Notes under the pieces: model-generated
Databases searched by the model: none
The model's input: only the letters and a program-made list of their open reading frames with translations
What the model was told of the DNA's origin: nothing
Part shown: positions 9,069-18,983 of the stretch, piece by piece
Layout of the letters: every line of letters begins with the position of its first letter
How positions within the stretch are numbered: position 1 is the stretch's first letter
Position numbers and translations under genes: made by a program
Assembly (NCBI GenBank): GCA_946622285.1
Contig: CAMOPK010000001.1
Span: 41,343-105,342, forward strand
Length of the DNA stretch: 64,000 bases
From: an uncultured Bacillota bacterium
GTDB taxonomy: Bacteria; Bacillota_I; Bacilli_A; RF39; UBA660
Direction of reading: 5' to 3'

Positions 9069-10159
9069 TCTTGCACCTCCTTTTTAGAAGGTTTTAAAAT
9101 ATGTATTGCTATAAATAACGATATGGGTATTGCAAGAACAATACTTATAGAACTTGTAAATACAGCTATTAAATCTACTTCACCATAAAACGTTAAAGCA
9201 TCAAATAGTTTCATATTATTTTTGATTGCAAGAAAAACCATTGGAACAATTGGAGTATAACAAGTATAAAGCATAACATTAGTCATTGTTCCAACTATAT
9301 CTTTTGATATTTCTCTTCCAGATTTAATTAAAGCTGATTTTTTTATTTTAGGATCTTTTTCAATTAACTCATTTAAAGATGATGAAATAGTAATTGAGAT
9401 ATCCATTATAGCTCCAAGTCCGCATAATAAAATTGTGACATAAAAGAAATTTTCATAATCATATACTGCTTCAATATATTCCATTGACCAAATAGATAAT
9501 TCCCCACCATATATTTTAACAATTAAAAATGCTAAACCAAATGATATAAAGAGTGAAGCAATTGAAGATATAATTGCTGATAATGTTTTTTTACTTTTAC
9601 CATTAGTAATAAAAAGTGATAAAACTATAAATAATACTGATACTCCTATATAAAGTAATAATAGATTTAAAGTAGTAAACTTTTTTTGAAAAATGAATAT
9701 TGCTATAGCAGATACTATAATATTTATGAAAAAGCTTATTAAAGTCTGAACACCCTTCTTACCGGCTACTAAAATAATGGAATCAATGAATAATACGAGT
9801 AAAATAACTAAATATTTATCTCTTTTAACGCCAATAAGTTCATTAACTTCACCTGTCTTTGACATCTCAATCAATAATTCGTTTCCTTTTTCGACTATAT
9901 CTCCATAAACTCCTGTTTTAGAAACTAAATTATTTATTTTTATTTCTTTACCTTTATATTTCCCGTTTTTTATAATACCTTTAATTTCTTGGTTATAATA
10001 AGTTTCCTTAAACATTTCAGAATTTTTAGTACCATTCTTAACTTCAGTTACTTTCATAATTGGAGTTTTATATAAAAAGTGATCATTATATACAAATATA
10101 ATACTTACTAGTGAAAATAGTATTAAAATCATTATTTCTATTTTAAATTTTTTACTCAT
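9065..10159 (-). CDS. YibE/F-family membrane protein with N-terminal extracytoplasmic domain
   Basis: Start reassigned to MSKKFKIEIM (RBS GGTGA 4 nt upstream). Motif MDISITISSSLNELIE is paralogous to the downstream gene. Confidence 0.45.
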   Translation of the reverse strand: MSKKFKIEIMILILFSLVSIIFVYNDHFLYKTPIMKVTEVKNGTKNSEMFKETYYNQEIKGIIKNGKYKGKEIKINNLVSKTGVYGDIVEKGNELLIEMSKTGEVNELIGVKRDKYLVILLVLFIDSIILVAGKKGVQTLISFFINIIVSAIAIFIFQKKFTTLNLLLLYIGVSVLFIVLSLFITNGKSKKTLSAIISSIASLFISFGLAFLIVKIYGGELSIWSMEYIEAVYDYENFFYVTILLCGLGAIMDISITISSSLNELIEKDPKIKKSALIKSGREISKDIVGTMTNVMLYTCYTPIVPMVFLAIKNNMKLFDALTFYGEVDLIAVFTSSISIVLAIPISLFIAIHILKPSKKEVQE

Positions 10160-10270
10160 CTTATCACCATACAATATTAATTCTATCATATATTTTAGTA
10201 TTTTTACATTTTTTTGATTTTTTAGAAAAGAAAAAGCATAGACATTGTCTACACTTTTTTGGTTAGTTTA

Positions 10271-10927
10271 TTACTTTCCTGTTTTTGATTTTAGTTTGTC
10301 ATAATACATGGCATTAGCAACAGTCATGTATGGGAATAACCAAATCATGATTAACCCAAATGTTGGAACAATAAGTAAACACCATCCAATGAAACTTAAT
10401 CCAAATACAAAGTATTCCCACTTATGTCCCTTCATCATTTCACGACATTTCTTTAAGGCATCAACACCTGACAAATTAGTATCAAGAATTACATAATTTA
10501 CAAGTGCATAAGCTAAAGCTAAGATAATTCCAGGAATTACGAATAATACCATTCCTAGACCGATTAAAAGACCACCGATAAGATTTGCAACTAATAAGTT
10601 AACCCATTTTTCTTTTAATGTTTTAATAATTACATCATGGTTGAACTTACCTGTTCTTACAAAATCAATGATATATTTCAAGTAACAAGCACCTAAAATT
10701 GCACTCACCAAAGTAACAACTGTTGAACCTGCTGTTTGTATAGGTGTCATCTTAAACATATCTAGACTAAAATTGTTGAAGTCAAAAGTATTTATATCAA
10801 CCTTTGGGCTAAAGAAACTTGATAAAACTGATGTAATAATTGAAATACATATATATGGCCACCAAATATTCCATTTGTTTCCCCTAATCTTTTCTTTTGC
10901 TGCTTCCTTAATCTCCGCTCTGTTCAT
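10271..10927 (-). CDS. DUF975-family integral membrane protein
   Basis: 218 aa; N-terminus MNRAEIKEAAKEKIRGNKWNIW is typical of DUF975. RBS GGAGG. Terminator hairpin at ~10228-10262. Confidence 0.5.
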   Translation of the reverse strand: MNRAEIKEAAKEKIRGNKWNIWWPYICISIITSVLSSFFSPKVDINTFDFNNFSLDMFKMTPIQTAGSTVVTLVSAILGACYLKYIIDFVRTGKFNHDVIIKTLKEKWVNLLVANLIGGLLIGLGMVLFVIPGIILALAYALVNYVILDTNLSGVDALKKCREMMKGHKWEYFVFGLSFIGWCLLIVPTFGLIMIWLFPYMTVANAMYYDKLKSKTGK

Positions 10928-10977
10928 AAACTTACCTCCTATTCCTAAGATAATTATATTTCATTAATCAATAAAAA

Positions 10978-11790
10978 TCAACTTTTCAAAAATGAAATTA
11001 TTTTAAAGATTATAAAAATTATTAAATTAACAATTACAATTGTTGCTCCAGTTGGAGTTGCAACTAAATATGAAATAATTAATCCAATTATAAATGCTAT
11101 TGTTGAAACAATTACACTAGAAATTACTACGCTTTTGAATGTCTTAAATATTTGCATCGATGATAAGGTTGGAAAAATAATCAAACTTGAAATTAGAAGT
11201 GCTCCCATTAAACGCATTCCAAGTACTACTACAACTGAGCATAAACTTGCAAAAATAATATTATAAAGATTTGTTTTAATGCCAATTGATTTTGCAAATT
11301 TTTCATCGAATGTTAGTGCAAATATTTTATTGTATGAAAATATGTATAATGCTATTACAATTATTGAAAGTATTACACTTATAATTACATCTGATTTACT
11401 AATTGCTAAAATACTACCAAATAAATAATTATTAATATCTGTATTTACTCCAAATAAGGAAACTACAAATGTTCCAATTGCAAGTGAACTTGATGATATT
11501 AAGGCAATTGCCGCATCTCCGTTTATTTTACTATTTTCATTTAATTTAAGAATAAAGAATGAAACAATTATAACAATTGGCAAAGCAAACTCAAGTGGTG
11601 CAAAATGTAAAACCGAGGCAATGGCAAAAGCTCCAAAACCAACGTGAGAAAGTCCATCCCCAATCATTGAGTTTTTCCTTAATACTAGTGAAACCCCTAC
11701 TAAAGATGCACATAAACTTATTAAAAATCCTGCTATAAGAGCTCTTATCATAAATGATAATGAAAACATTTCAATTAAACTATTTATCAT
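10978..11790 (-). CDS. znuB: ABC-3 family metal (Zn/Mn) importer permease
   Basis: 270 aa, 8-9 TM, ABC-3 permease family; overlaps the ATPase gene by 11 nt. Confidence 0.75.
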   Translation of the reverse strand: MINSLIEMFSLSFMIRALIAGFLISLCASLVGVSLVLRKNSMIGDGLSHVGFGAFAIASVLHFAPLEFALPIVIIVSFFILKLNENSKINGDAAIALISSSSLAIGTFVVSLFGVNTDINNYLFGSILAISKSDVIISVILSIIVIALYIFSYNKIFALTFDEKFAKSIGIKTNLYNIIFASLCSVVVVLGMRLMGALLISSLIIFPTLSSMQIFKTFKSVVISSVIVSTIAFIIGLIISYLVATPTGATIVIVNLIIFIIFKIISFLKS

Positions 11791-12460
11791 GATGAATCCT
11801 CCTTACAAAATCAGTTGTTGATCCATAGAAAATTTCATCTTCACGAAGTGATAATATTTTATTACCTATTAGGTTCCCATGATCTAAGTCATGAGTAATC
11901 ATGATAATTGTAATTCCTTCTTTATTTAAATTTGAAATCATTTCATAAAGATTTTCTTTTGATTTAGTGTCTAAATTATTTGATGGTTCATCTAAAATAA
12001 GTAATTTTGATGTTGCACACAAACTTCTTGCAAGTAATACTTTTTGTCTTTGGCCTCCAGATAAATCAGCAAAACTTTTATTTTTTAAATTTTCAATATG
12101 CAATAATTTTAAATTATTTAAAGCTTTTTCTTTGGCTTCTTTTGAATAGAATGGTTTAAATCCAGAATTATTTAAAGTTCCTGATAAAACTATTTCCAAA
12201 ACTGAAGCTGGAAAGTTTGCATCGACTTTTGTTTCTTGAGGCATATAACCAATGAAGTTTTGTTTTAAATTGTTATACTTGATTTTACCTTTTAATGGCT
12301 TTATAAGGCCTAAAATACCTTTTATTAAGGTTGATTTCCCAGAGCCATTTGGTCCAACCACACAGACAAAATCTCCCTCTTCAATTTTAATATCAATGTT
12401 TCTTAAAACAATGTGTTTTTCATATCCTAATGTCACATTATTTAATTCAATAAGACTCAT
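11780..12460 (-). CDS. znuC: ABC-3 family metal importer ATP-binding protein
   Basis: Walker A GPNGSGKSTL, signature LSGGQRQKVLLARSL, Walker B LILDEPSNNLD. Confidence 0.85.
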   Translation of the reverse strand: MSLIELNNVTLGYEKHIVLRNIDIKIEEGDFVCVVGPNGSGKSTLIKGILGLIKPLKGKIKYNNLKQNFIGYMPQETKVDANFPASVLEIVLSGTLNNSGFKPFYSKEAKEKALNNLKLLHIENLKNKSFADLSGGQRQKVLLARSLCATSKLLILDEPSNNLDTKSKENLYEMISNLNKEGITIIMITHDLDHGNLIGNKILSLREDEIFYGSTTDFVRRIHHDK

Positions 12461-13377
12461 TAATTTAAAGCCTCCTTTAAAGCAACAATATTATTTTTCA
12501 TAATATCAATATAACCAATATTTTTATCAAAATCAGTTTTAGAAATATTATGTGCACTATTAAATTCTAATACTTTTGCTCCTGTTTCTTTTGCTATTGC
12601 TTCTGCTATTTTTTTATTTGAAAGTTCTATATGAAAAATAACTGGTATTTTATCTTCTTTAACTTTATTAATTAAAAACGATATTGTCTTAGCACTTGCT
12701 TCACTCGCTTCAGAGCATCCAGGAAAAGCTGCATAGTAAGTTAAACCATATTCTTCTACAAAATATCTAAATGGGAAACGATCTCCAAATATGATTTCTT
12801 TTCTTTTAGCATTTTTCACTACTTTTTTTATTTCATTATCAATGCTTTCAAGTTCTTTAATATATGAATCTCTATTTGATTCATATAGTTCTTTATTTGG
12901 TTCATCAATAGATATAACTTCATCTGTTAATTTTTCAGTTATTTTAATTGCATTAACTGGACTAGTCCATACATGTTCATCAAGTTCAGTTTCAGCACTT
13001 TCTTCAGCTTCTTCTTCCATTCCTTCAGTTATTTCTTCTTCATATGTATCAACTAAATCCATAAGTTTTACTATTTTAGTTTTAGTTGGATCAATATCAA
13101 TTAAAATATCATCAATCCAAGCGTCTGATTCGCCACCAACATAAATAAAAATCTTACTATTTTTTATTTTTAAAATATCTTGAGGAGTTGGTTCAAAGTC
13201 ATGAATCTCACTACCTGGCTTTAATAACATTTCAACTTCAATATTAGAATCTTTTGTAATTGCTCTTGCAAAATCATAACTTGGAAAATTAGTCGCAACA
13301 ATAGTATATTCTTGACTATTTTTATTACATCCAGTTATTAAAAATAACATAATTATAACTACTAATATTTTTTTCAT
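12460..13377 (-). CDS. znuA: Metal-binding lipoprotein of ABC-3 system (ZnuA/TroA fold) with acidic flexible loop
   Basis: Start placed at MKKILVV (RBS GGAAGAGAG); lipobox LITGC. Acidic loop EEEITEGMEEEAEESAETELDEH. Metal specificity (Zn vs Mn) is not decidable from sequence. Confidence 0.75.
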   Translation of the reverse strand: MKKILVVIIMLFLITGCNKNSQEYTIVATNFPSYDFARAITKDSNIEVEMLLKPGSEIHDFEPTPQDILKIKNSKIFIYVGGESDAWIDDILIDIDPTKTKIVKLMDLVDTYEEEITEGMEEEAEESAETELDEHVWTSPVNAIKITEKLTDEVISIDEPNKELYESNRDSYIKELESIDNEIKKVVKNAKRKEIIFGDRFPFRYFVEEYGLTYYAAFPGCSEASEASAKTISFLINKVKEDKIPVIFHIELSNKKIAEAIAKETGAKVLEFNSAHNISKTDFDKNIGYIDIMKNNIVALKEALN

Positions 13378-13381
13378 AGAT

Positions 13382-13771
13382 TCACTCTCTTCCACACTTT
13401 TCACAAATTCCATTTATAATAATGTGTTCACTATTTATTTTAAATTTATGTTCTCTAGCAATATGACTCATAAGTTCTGTAATACAGTCACAATCAACAT
13501 GAATGATGTTTCCACATTTTTCACATTTCAAATAAAAGTGATTTTCATGTTCACATTTTTCTAGATATTGATAATAAGCTATATTATCATCACCTATTGT
13601 TTTATTTAATAAGCCTTCTTTAACTAGCTTATCTATCAGACGATATATAGTTGTTAATCCAACTTCTTTATTTAAATATTTATAGATATCTTGTGCTTTA
13701 AATTCACTTTTTTGATTCTTAATTTCGTTTAAAATTAAATCTTTTTGTTTTGTTTTATAAGAATAATTCAT
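13382..13771 (-). CDS. Fur-family metalloregulator (probable Zur, by operon context)
   Basis: 129 aa, N-terminal winged helix, two C-terminal CxxC pairs (CEKCGN..., CEKCG). First gene of the regulator-znuACB operon. Confidence 0.8.
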   Translation of the reverse strand: MNYSYKTKQKDLILNEIKNQKSEFKAQDIYKYLNKEVGLTTIYRLIDKLVKEGLLNKTIGDDNIAYYQYLEKCEHENHFYLKCEKCGNIIHVDCDCITELMSHIAREHKFKINSEHIIINGICEKCGRE

Positions 13772-13782
13772 TATATCAGCTC

Positions 13783-13807
13783 CAATTTGAAAATGATTTT
13801 CAAATTG
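13783..13807. promoter_or_regulatory. Perfect 12-1-12 palindrome CAATTTGAAAAT-G-ATTTTCAAATTG (Fur-box-like, core TGAAAATnATTTTCA) overlapping the promoter of the regulator gene
   Basis: Seen directly in sequence: sits between the -10 TATAAT (minus strand) and the RBS of the Fur-family gene, and matches the 7-1-7 Fur/PerR/Zur box architecture. Confidence 0.55.
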
Positions 13808-13854
13808 ATTATACTACATTTATAAAAAAATGCAATAAAAAAAATCATGAATTA

Positions 13855-14538
13855 TCATGATTTATCTATGTTATTTTTATCTTTCCTTCTATTTAGTAAC
13901 CAAACTACTAAACTAAGTATATATGTTGCAACATGCATAAATATAAATACAAATACAGTTGCTTTAAAACCACCTCGTGCAAATCCATACCAGTCATATG
14001 CAAAAGGCACTTTGCCATTTTCAATATGAGTAATTATGTTTAACACATAAAATATTGCATATATAAATACAGGTACTAACCCTAAAATAGTGTGCTTAAA
14101 TTTTATTTGGTTGTTTTTTTCAAAAAAGACAAGTGTAATAAAACTTAATACTGGAATTATGAAATGATAAAATAAATTGCTATTTTGAAACATTGAGAAA
14201 AATCCAGTTGGTGCAAATGGAGCTAAATATAAAACTGTTACTAAAAATGTTACTAGAACCCCAATTGTAAACATATATTTCATTATATATAATTCTTTTG
14301 GTATTATTTTTCTTTTATCTTTCATTGTTTTATATTCGAAACAAGCAAACACTAATGATATTAGTCCAATTAATATATTTGAATCAACAGTAAAAAACTT
14401 AAATAGTTGAAGTCCTGATACTTCTAAAACTAGATCATCACTCATAAAATGAAAACCAGCCATCATAAAAATAGTGGCCATAAGAACCAATATAAATATT
14501 ATTATGTTAAAAATGAATGATATTTTTATATTTTTCAT
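13855..14538 (-). CDS. Polytopic membrane protein (Pr6Pr/FAR-17a-like family suspected)
   Basis: 227 aa, 6 TM helices, FTVDSN motif. Confidence 0.35.
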   Translation of the reverse strand: MKNIKISFIFNIIIFILVLMATIFMMAGFHFMSDDLVLEVSGLQLFKFFTVDSNILIGLISLVFACFEYKTMKDKRKIIPKELYIMKYMFTIGVLVTFLVTVLYLAPFAPTGFFSMFQNSNLFYHFIIPVLSFITLVFFEKNNQIKFKHTILGLVPVFIYAIFYVLNIITHIENGKVPFAYDWYGFARGGFKATVFVFIFMHVATYILSLVVWLLNRRKDKNNIDKS

Positions 14539-14621
14539 ATTTTCACCGTACTAATTATAACATAATTATTGCATTTATTAATTTCATTTGTTAAAATATG
14601 TCATAAAAGGTGGGGATTTTT

Positions 14622-15173
14622 ATGATTAAGCAAGAGATTCCAAAGTCTGTGCTCAAAAAAAGAGTCAAAGAAATTGCTGAAAGGATCACTCGTGACTACC
14701 AAGGTGAAAGTGTAACACTAGTTTGCATTTTAAAAGGCGGCATTTATTTCTTTGCAGATCTATCACGTCAAATAAATCTTGAAGATGTTAGATTGGATTT
14801 TATGTGTGTATCAAGTTATCAAGATACCGAAACAACTGGTAAACTTGATATTAGACTTGACTTAAGTGAACCAATTACTGGTAAAAATGTCATTGTTGTT
14901 GAAGACATAATTGATACTGGAACAACATTAGCTTATCTTATGGATTACTTAATGAGTCAATCGCCAAAGAGTTTAAAATTATGTGTTCTTTTAGATAAAA
15001 GAGCACGACGTGTTACTGAAACTAAAGTAAACTATGTTGGATTTGAAATCGATGATAAATTTGTTGTTGGATATGGTATGGATTACAATCAACAATATCG
15101 TACATATCCTACTGTAGGTGTCCTTGAAGAAAGCGGACCTCAACATAAAATAAAGAACCCAGGAGAAAAATAG
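14622..15173 (+). CDS. hpt: Hypoxanthine-guanine phosphoribosyltransferase
   Basis: PRPP-binding motif VVEDIIDTGTTL. Start moved to ATG 14622 (RBS AAAGGTGGGG); the track used an upstream GTG. Only plus-strand gene in the window. Confidence 0.85.
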   Translation: MIKQEIPKSVLKKRVKEIAERITRDYQGESVTLVCILKGGIYFFADLSRQINLEDVRLDFMCVSSYQDTETTGKLDIRLDLSEPITGKNVIVVEDIIDTGTTLAYLMDYLMSQSPKSLKLCVLLDKRARRVTETKVNYVGFEIDDKFVVGYGMDYNQQYRTYPTVGVLEESGPQHKIKNPGEK

Positions 15174-15200
15174 AGAGTTATTCACTCTCTATTTCTTTTT
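15161..15200. terminator. Bidirectional terminator shared by convergent hpt and oatA-like; both stop codons lie inside the hairpin arm (TAGAGAGTTATTCACTCTCTA)
   Basis: 8-bp stem TAGAGAGT/ACTCTCTA with T-runs on both strands; TAG of hpt at 15171-15173, and TAA of the minus-strand gene is the complement of 15178-15180. Confidence 0.6.
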
Positions 15201-17415
15201 GGTTTAAATTTTCTACAATCTTAGTTTTTAATGCTTTATTTCCTTCTTTAGTTAAATGAATTTTATCTACCATTAGATATTTTGGATTTTCATTTATCTC
15301 TTTATAGAAATCAATTATTGTGGCATTGTTAATATTTAATTCATCTTTGCCCATTTTAACAATGTAAACTTCTCTTTCACCACATAAATCAACTAAACTT
15401 TGATAGTTTTCATTAGTCAATTCACTTGAATTATCAAATGCAAATATAACTCGATGTGTTAAAGTATCTTCAGTTATATTTTTTTCTATTTCGTTTTTTA
15501 TTTCTTCATATTTATAATCTTTATTAATCATAAAGTTAGAATCATTATATTCATCTTTTAGATCATTAAAGGCATTTACTAATAGTTCGTTACCATAAAA
15601 ACTAAGTTTTGTTCTCATTTCTTCTTCATGTTTATTCATGATTTCTTCTTTTTTAGCATTAAATTCGTCCAAATAAACATTATAGATTGCTTCATATATA
15701 GCATTTGTATATGCTACTCTACCTGGAGATGGTAAATGCAAGCCATCTGAATAGAAGTATTCACTATGACCTTTTGAAATCTTTTCCCAATCAATTATAT
15801 ATAAATTATTATATTTTTCTGCAAATGCTTTTATTTTATCATTAAAATGAACTCTTTTATCATTAGTAACTGTCAACCAGAATACTTTTCTACTATCCCC
15901 GATTGTTTTCATGATTGTTTCTTTGGTTCCTTGTGAGCAATCACCATTAGCACCAAAGTTAAATACAACTACATCACCTAAAGCGTTTTTTCTAATCAAT
16001 TCTTTTAAAATATCATTTGCAACATAACATGTTCTTGATATTTCAGCATTGAAATAAGCGTTCTTAAATTTTTTCTCAATATTTAGTTTGGCTCCAAGCA
16101 TTACAGAATCTCCAATAAATGCAGATGGTACATCAGCAACAATTTTCTTAAGATTTTCTTCACTAGTATCTAAGTCAGCCATCATTTGTTTCCACTTTTC
16201 TTGTTCTTCTGCTGCCTTAGTTTTATAAGCTTCTTGTTGCTCTTCCATTAGTTTACTATTTTCACTTAATTGCTCTTCTAATGCTTTCATTTCATCAGTA
16301 TGATCAACACTAATGACATATAAATATAGTCCATATGCAGATATTACTAATACTCCAACTTGTAAAAGTATTTTTAAGAATTTTGCTTTATCATATTTTT
16401 TAAAATTTAATGCAATATGTAAAATATAAGCAACTAATATTGTTCCAATTATTATAAGTGGAATTTTAATATATGCCTTCATTTCTAATTCTTGCATCAT
16501 GAATATTATTGGATATTGCACTAAATAAATTTCATAAGTAATACTTGCTATTGATTTAATAATATTCTTTTTATTTGTTAATTCCTCTTCATTAATTGAA
16601 GCATAATTAATTAACCTCATTGTAACAACATTTGTTAGAAGCATATAAACTATCATGTATTTTGGATCTGTTCCACCAAGCAACATCAATGCAATCCATA
16701 CTAGACTATATATAACTAACATAATTCTACTATTAGCTTTAGTTGCGAGTTTTTCTGGTATTAAATTTTTATAAGCTCCTAAGAATGCAATCATCATTCC
16801 AAAACAAAGATCAAAAAGGCGCGCAAATGTATTATAGTAAGCAATTGTTATATTATTCAAACTCATTTTGTAAAAGAAAACTGCACTTAATATTCCAAGT
16901 AATCCTGTTAATATTACCGGACATACTTGACCTACTTTTCGTCCAATCTTTCTTAAAAAAATGAATATAAATGGAAATATCAAATCAAATTGAAGTAATA
17001 TTGCAATATACCATAGATGCATAAATGGTGAATCTACATGACGTGCAAAATAGTCCAAGTTAGCATTCAATTGCCAGAAATTATTGTATCCAAGCAATAC
17101 TGAATTTGTTTCTGGTTTTAGATTTAACCAACTAATACTTGGTATAAATGATATTGCAAATATAGATATTAATACCACAACTAGAAGCGGTAAATATAAG
17201 TGAAAAAATTTGTTTTTATAATAATTTTTAAAATCAAATTTTTCTTTTTTAAATGCTGATACGCATGATAAGTATCCACTTAAAACAAAAAATGAGCATA
17301 CTGCTAAATATCCGCCTTTTAAAATACCTAAATGATACAAAAGAACTGCTATACAAGCAATTACTCTAATAATGTCTAAATCTCTATAATACTTTTTCAT
17401 TTTATACATCTCCAC
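15178..17415 (-). CDS. OatA-like O-acyltransferase: Acyltransferase_3 membrane domain + coiled-coil linker + C-terminal SGNH hydrolase domain
   Basis: N-terminus DLDIIRVIACIAVLLYHLG is typical of acyl_transf_3; C-terminal FNFGANGDCSQG..DGLHL is SGNH-like. Likely start is MKKYY at 17400 (RBS GGAG). Confidence 0.75.
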   Translation of the reverse strand: MEMYKMKKYYRDLDIIRVIACIAVLLYHLGILKGGYLAVCSFFVLSGYLSCVSAFKKEKFDFKNYYKNKFFHLYLPLLVVVLISIFAISFIPSISWLNLKPETNSVLLGYNNFWQLNANLDYFARHVDSPFMHLWYIAILLQFDLIFPFIFIFLRKIGRKVGQVCPVILTGLLGILSAVFFYKMSLNNITIAYYNTFARLFDLCFGMMIAFLGAYKNLIPEKLATKANSRIMLVIYSLVWIALMLLGGTDPKYMIVYMLLTNVVTMRLINYASINEEELTNKKNIIKSIASITYEIYLVQYPIIFMMQELEMKAYIKIPLIIIGTILVAYILHIALNFKKYDKAKFLKILLQVGVLVISAYGLYLYVISVDHTDEMKALEEQLSENSKLMEEQQEAYKTKAAEEQEKWKQMMADLDTSEENLKKIVADVPSAFIGDSVMLGAKLNIEKKFKNAYFNAEISRTCYVANDILKELIRKNALGDVVVFNFGANGDCSQGTKETIMKTIGDSRKVFWLTVTNDKRVHFNDKIKAFAEKYNNLYIIDWEKISKGHSEYFYSDGLHLPSPGRVAYTNAIYEAIYNVYLDEFNAKKEEIMNKHEEEMRTKLSFYGNELLVNAFNDLKDEYNDSNFMINKDYKYEEIKNEIEKNITEDTLTHRVIFAFDNSSELTNENYQSLVDLCGEREVYIVKMGKDELNINNATIIDFYKEINENPKYLMVDKIHLTKEGNKALKTKIVENLNQKEIESE

Positions 17416-17483
17416 TATTATTAATTATACAAAATTTTGATATAAATTTAAAGCAAAAATAAAAAAAAGTACAAAGTACTTTT

Positions 17484-18341
17484 TTACATTCTTCCAACTC
17501 GCTTAATTTCTTTTTGAAGCATTGGACAACCTTCTGTATGAATATCTAAGTCTTCAGCAACATCTATTAATGATTTACCACATAAAATGTTTTCTAACTC
17601 ATTTACTACTGCTTCCATATCATCTTTTGATCTATAGATTAATTGAATTGCATATTCAAGTGATTCTAAAAATTTATACCAATCCGCTATTAAATAATGA
17701 AAATATTTAGAAAGCAAAGGATCATTAGTATTAGCTCTTTTGCACAATTTTTCTAGATCTCGTGCAACTTGTTGTTCCATTGGTAATCTAGTAAATAAGA
17801 AATAATTAAGAGCGTTTTCAAATTTTTGATCTCTTCTTAAATGTGTTATATATTCTAAAAACATTGGTAATACTTCTTCATATTCAAGAAAACTTCTTCT
17901 TAATAATTCAACTTCTGGAATATGTCCCATTTCATGAGCGTATCCAACTTGATCGTCCATTGTTAAAGGTCTTTTTGGAACATACAATTTAAATGTTGTA
18001 GGTCTCCCTACACCTCTTGTATAACCTAATTCTACGTCTTCACCTTCAATTCCACTTTTTCTTAAAAGTTGAATTTTTTTAGTTCTATCTGTAAAGTAGT
18101 CTGTTATATCTGATGAGTTAAATACTGTCAAGCTCCTTAAAAAGTAAGCTCTCATTGCTTCTTCTTTTATTTTTGCATGAATACCACTATCTTCTGGAAA
18201 TGTCGCTCTTGAAAACTTACGACACATAGCAAATATTCTTTGTCTTTCAGCTTCGCTATATTTATTTTTTATTGTTTGTCTTTCACTTTGTAATTTCTCT
18301 TGAAATTCTGTGACGAATCCTCTAAAATCTGCTTTTTTCAT
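17484..18341 (-). CDS. Hypothetical cytoplasmic protein with HExxH (HEMGH) zinc-peptidase-like motif
   Basis: 285 aa, no TM helices, single HEMGH motif; family not recognised. Terminator hairpin AAGTAC-AAA-GTACTT at 17462-17487. Confidence 0.35.
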   Translation of the reverse strand: MKKADFRGFVTEFQEKLQSERQTIKNKYSEAERQRIFAMCRKFSRATFPEDSGIHAKIKEEAMRAYFLRSLTVFNSSDITDYFTDRTKKIQLLRKSGIEGEDVELGYTRGVGRPTTFKLYVPKRPLTMDDQVGYAHEMGHIPEVELLRRSFLEYEEVLPMFLEYITHLRRDQKFENALNYFLFTRLPMEQQVARDLEKLCKRANTNDPLLSKYFHYLIADWYKFLESLEYAIQLIYRSKDDMEAVVNELENILCGKSLIDVAEDLDIHTEGCPMLQKEIKRVGRM

Positions 18342-18404
18342 ATTACCATTCTCCCTTGATGCAATATTATAATAAATAAAAATTTTTATTTCAAGAAAAA
18401 AAGA

Positions 18405-18737
18405 TCATTTTGGATCTTTTTGTACATCTAACTCTACAAATGTGGTTCTTCTAATAACTCGTGGATTCCCTTTTTGTGGAGATATGAATTCACGATAAGC
18501 TGTTAAAGCATCTTTAATTGATGGACATTGTTTAATACTCATTGTAAACTCAAACGATTTTTCTAAAGTTGGAAAATCAAGAAAGATTGTTTTTAAATCA
18601 CCATCATTTAATATTACTCGATATGAAAGTCCTTTTTCATTTGCTACTGGTGTAATTCTTGCATGGAGGAAATTTAACGACATTGATAATTCATTTTCAT
18701 TTACAAATACTCCATTATATTCAACTCTAGTTGACAT
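18405..18737 (-). CDS. Hypothetical protein (110 aa)
   Basis: ORF with a terminator hairpin (AAGATC-ATTTTG-GATCTT) overlapping its stop codon; no recognisable motif. Confidence 0.4.
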   Translation of the reverse strand: MSTRVEYNGVFVNENELSMSLNFLHARITPVANEKGLSYRVILNDGDLKTIFLDFPTLEKSFEFTMSIKQCPSIKDALTAYREFISPQKGNPRVIRRTTFVELDVQKDPK

Positions 18738-18803
18738 AATTACACTTCCCTACAATGATATTATAACATATAGATAATAAAAAAGAACTGAAGTTCAGTT
18801 CTT

Positions 18804-18959
18804 TTATCTTTGATTTGTTGGTTTTACAATAGTTACCTCTTCTGCTGGTTGTTCTTTTGTTAATGTTGCATTACCATCTAATGCTGCACATCCAGATAAA
18901 AGACTTAACATAACTACACTTATAATCAATGTGGCACAATATCCATTTGATTGAGGCAT
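18804..18959 (-). CDS. Putative small lipoprotein (51 aa)
   Basis: Own translation: MPQSNGYCATLIISVVMLSLLSGCAALDGNATLTKEQPAEEVTIVKPTNQR, lipobox LLSGC. Followed by a perfect 9-bp hairpin terminator (AGAACTGAA/TTCAGTTCT, 18781-18806). Weak RBS. Confidence 0.35.
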   Translation of the reverse strand: MPQSNGYCATLIISVVMLSLLSGCAALDGNATLTKEQPAEEVTIVKPTNQR

Positions 18960-18983
18960 ATTTAAAAATGGTCAAATTCAGTC

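Noticed and set aside
18391-18420. Hairpin AAGATC-ATTTTG-GATCTT as a regulatory element inside the 110-aa ORF
   Set aside because: It overlaps the stop codon and is followed by a T-run on the coding strand, so it is an ordinary intrinsic terminator that happens to include the last codons.
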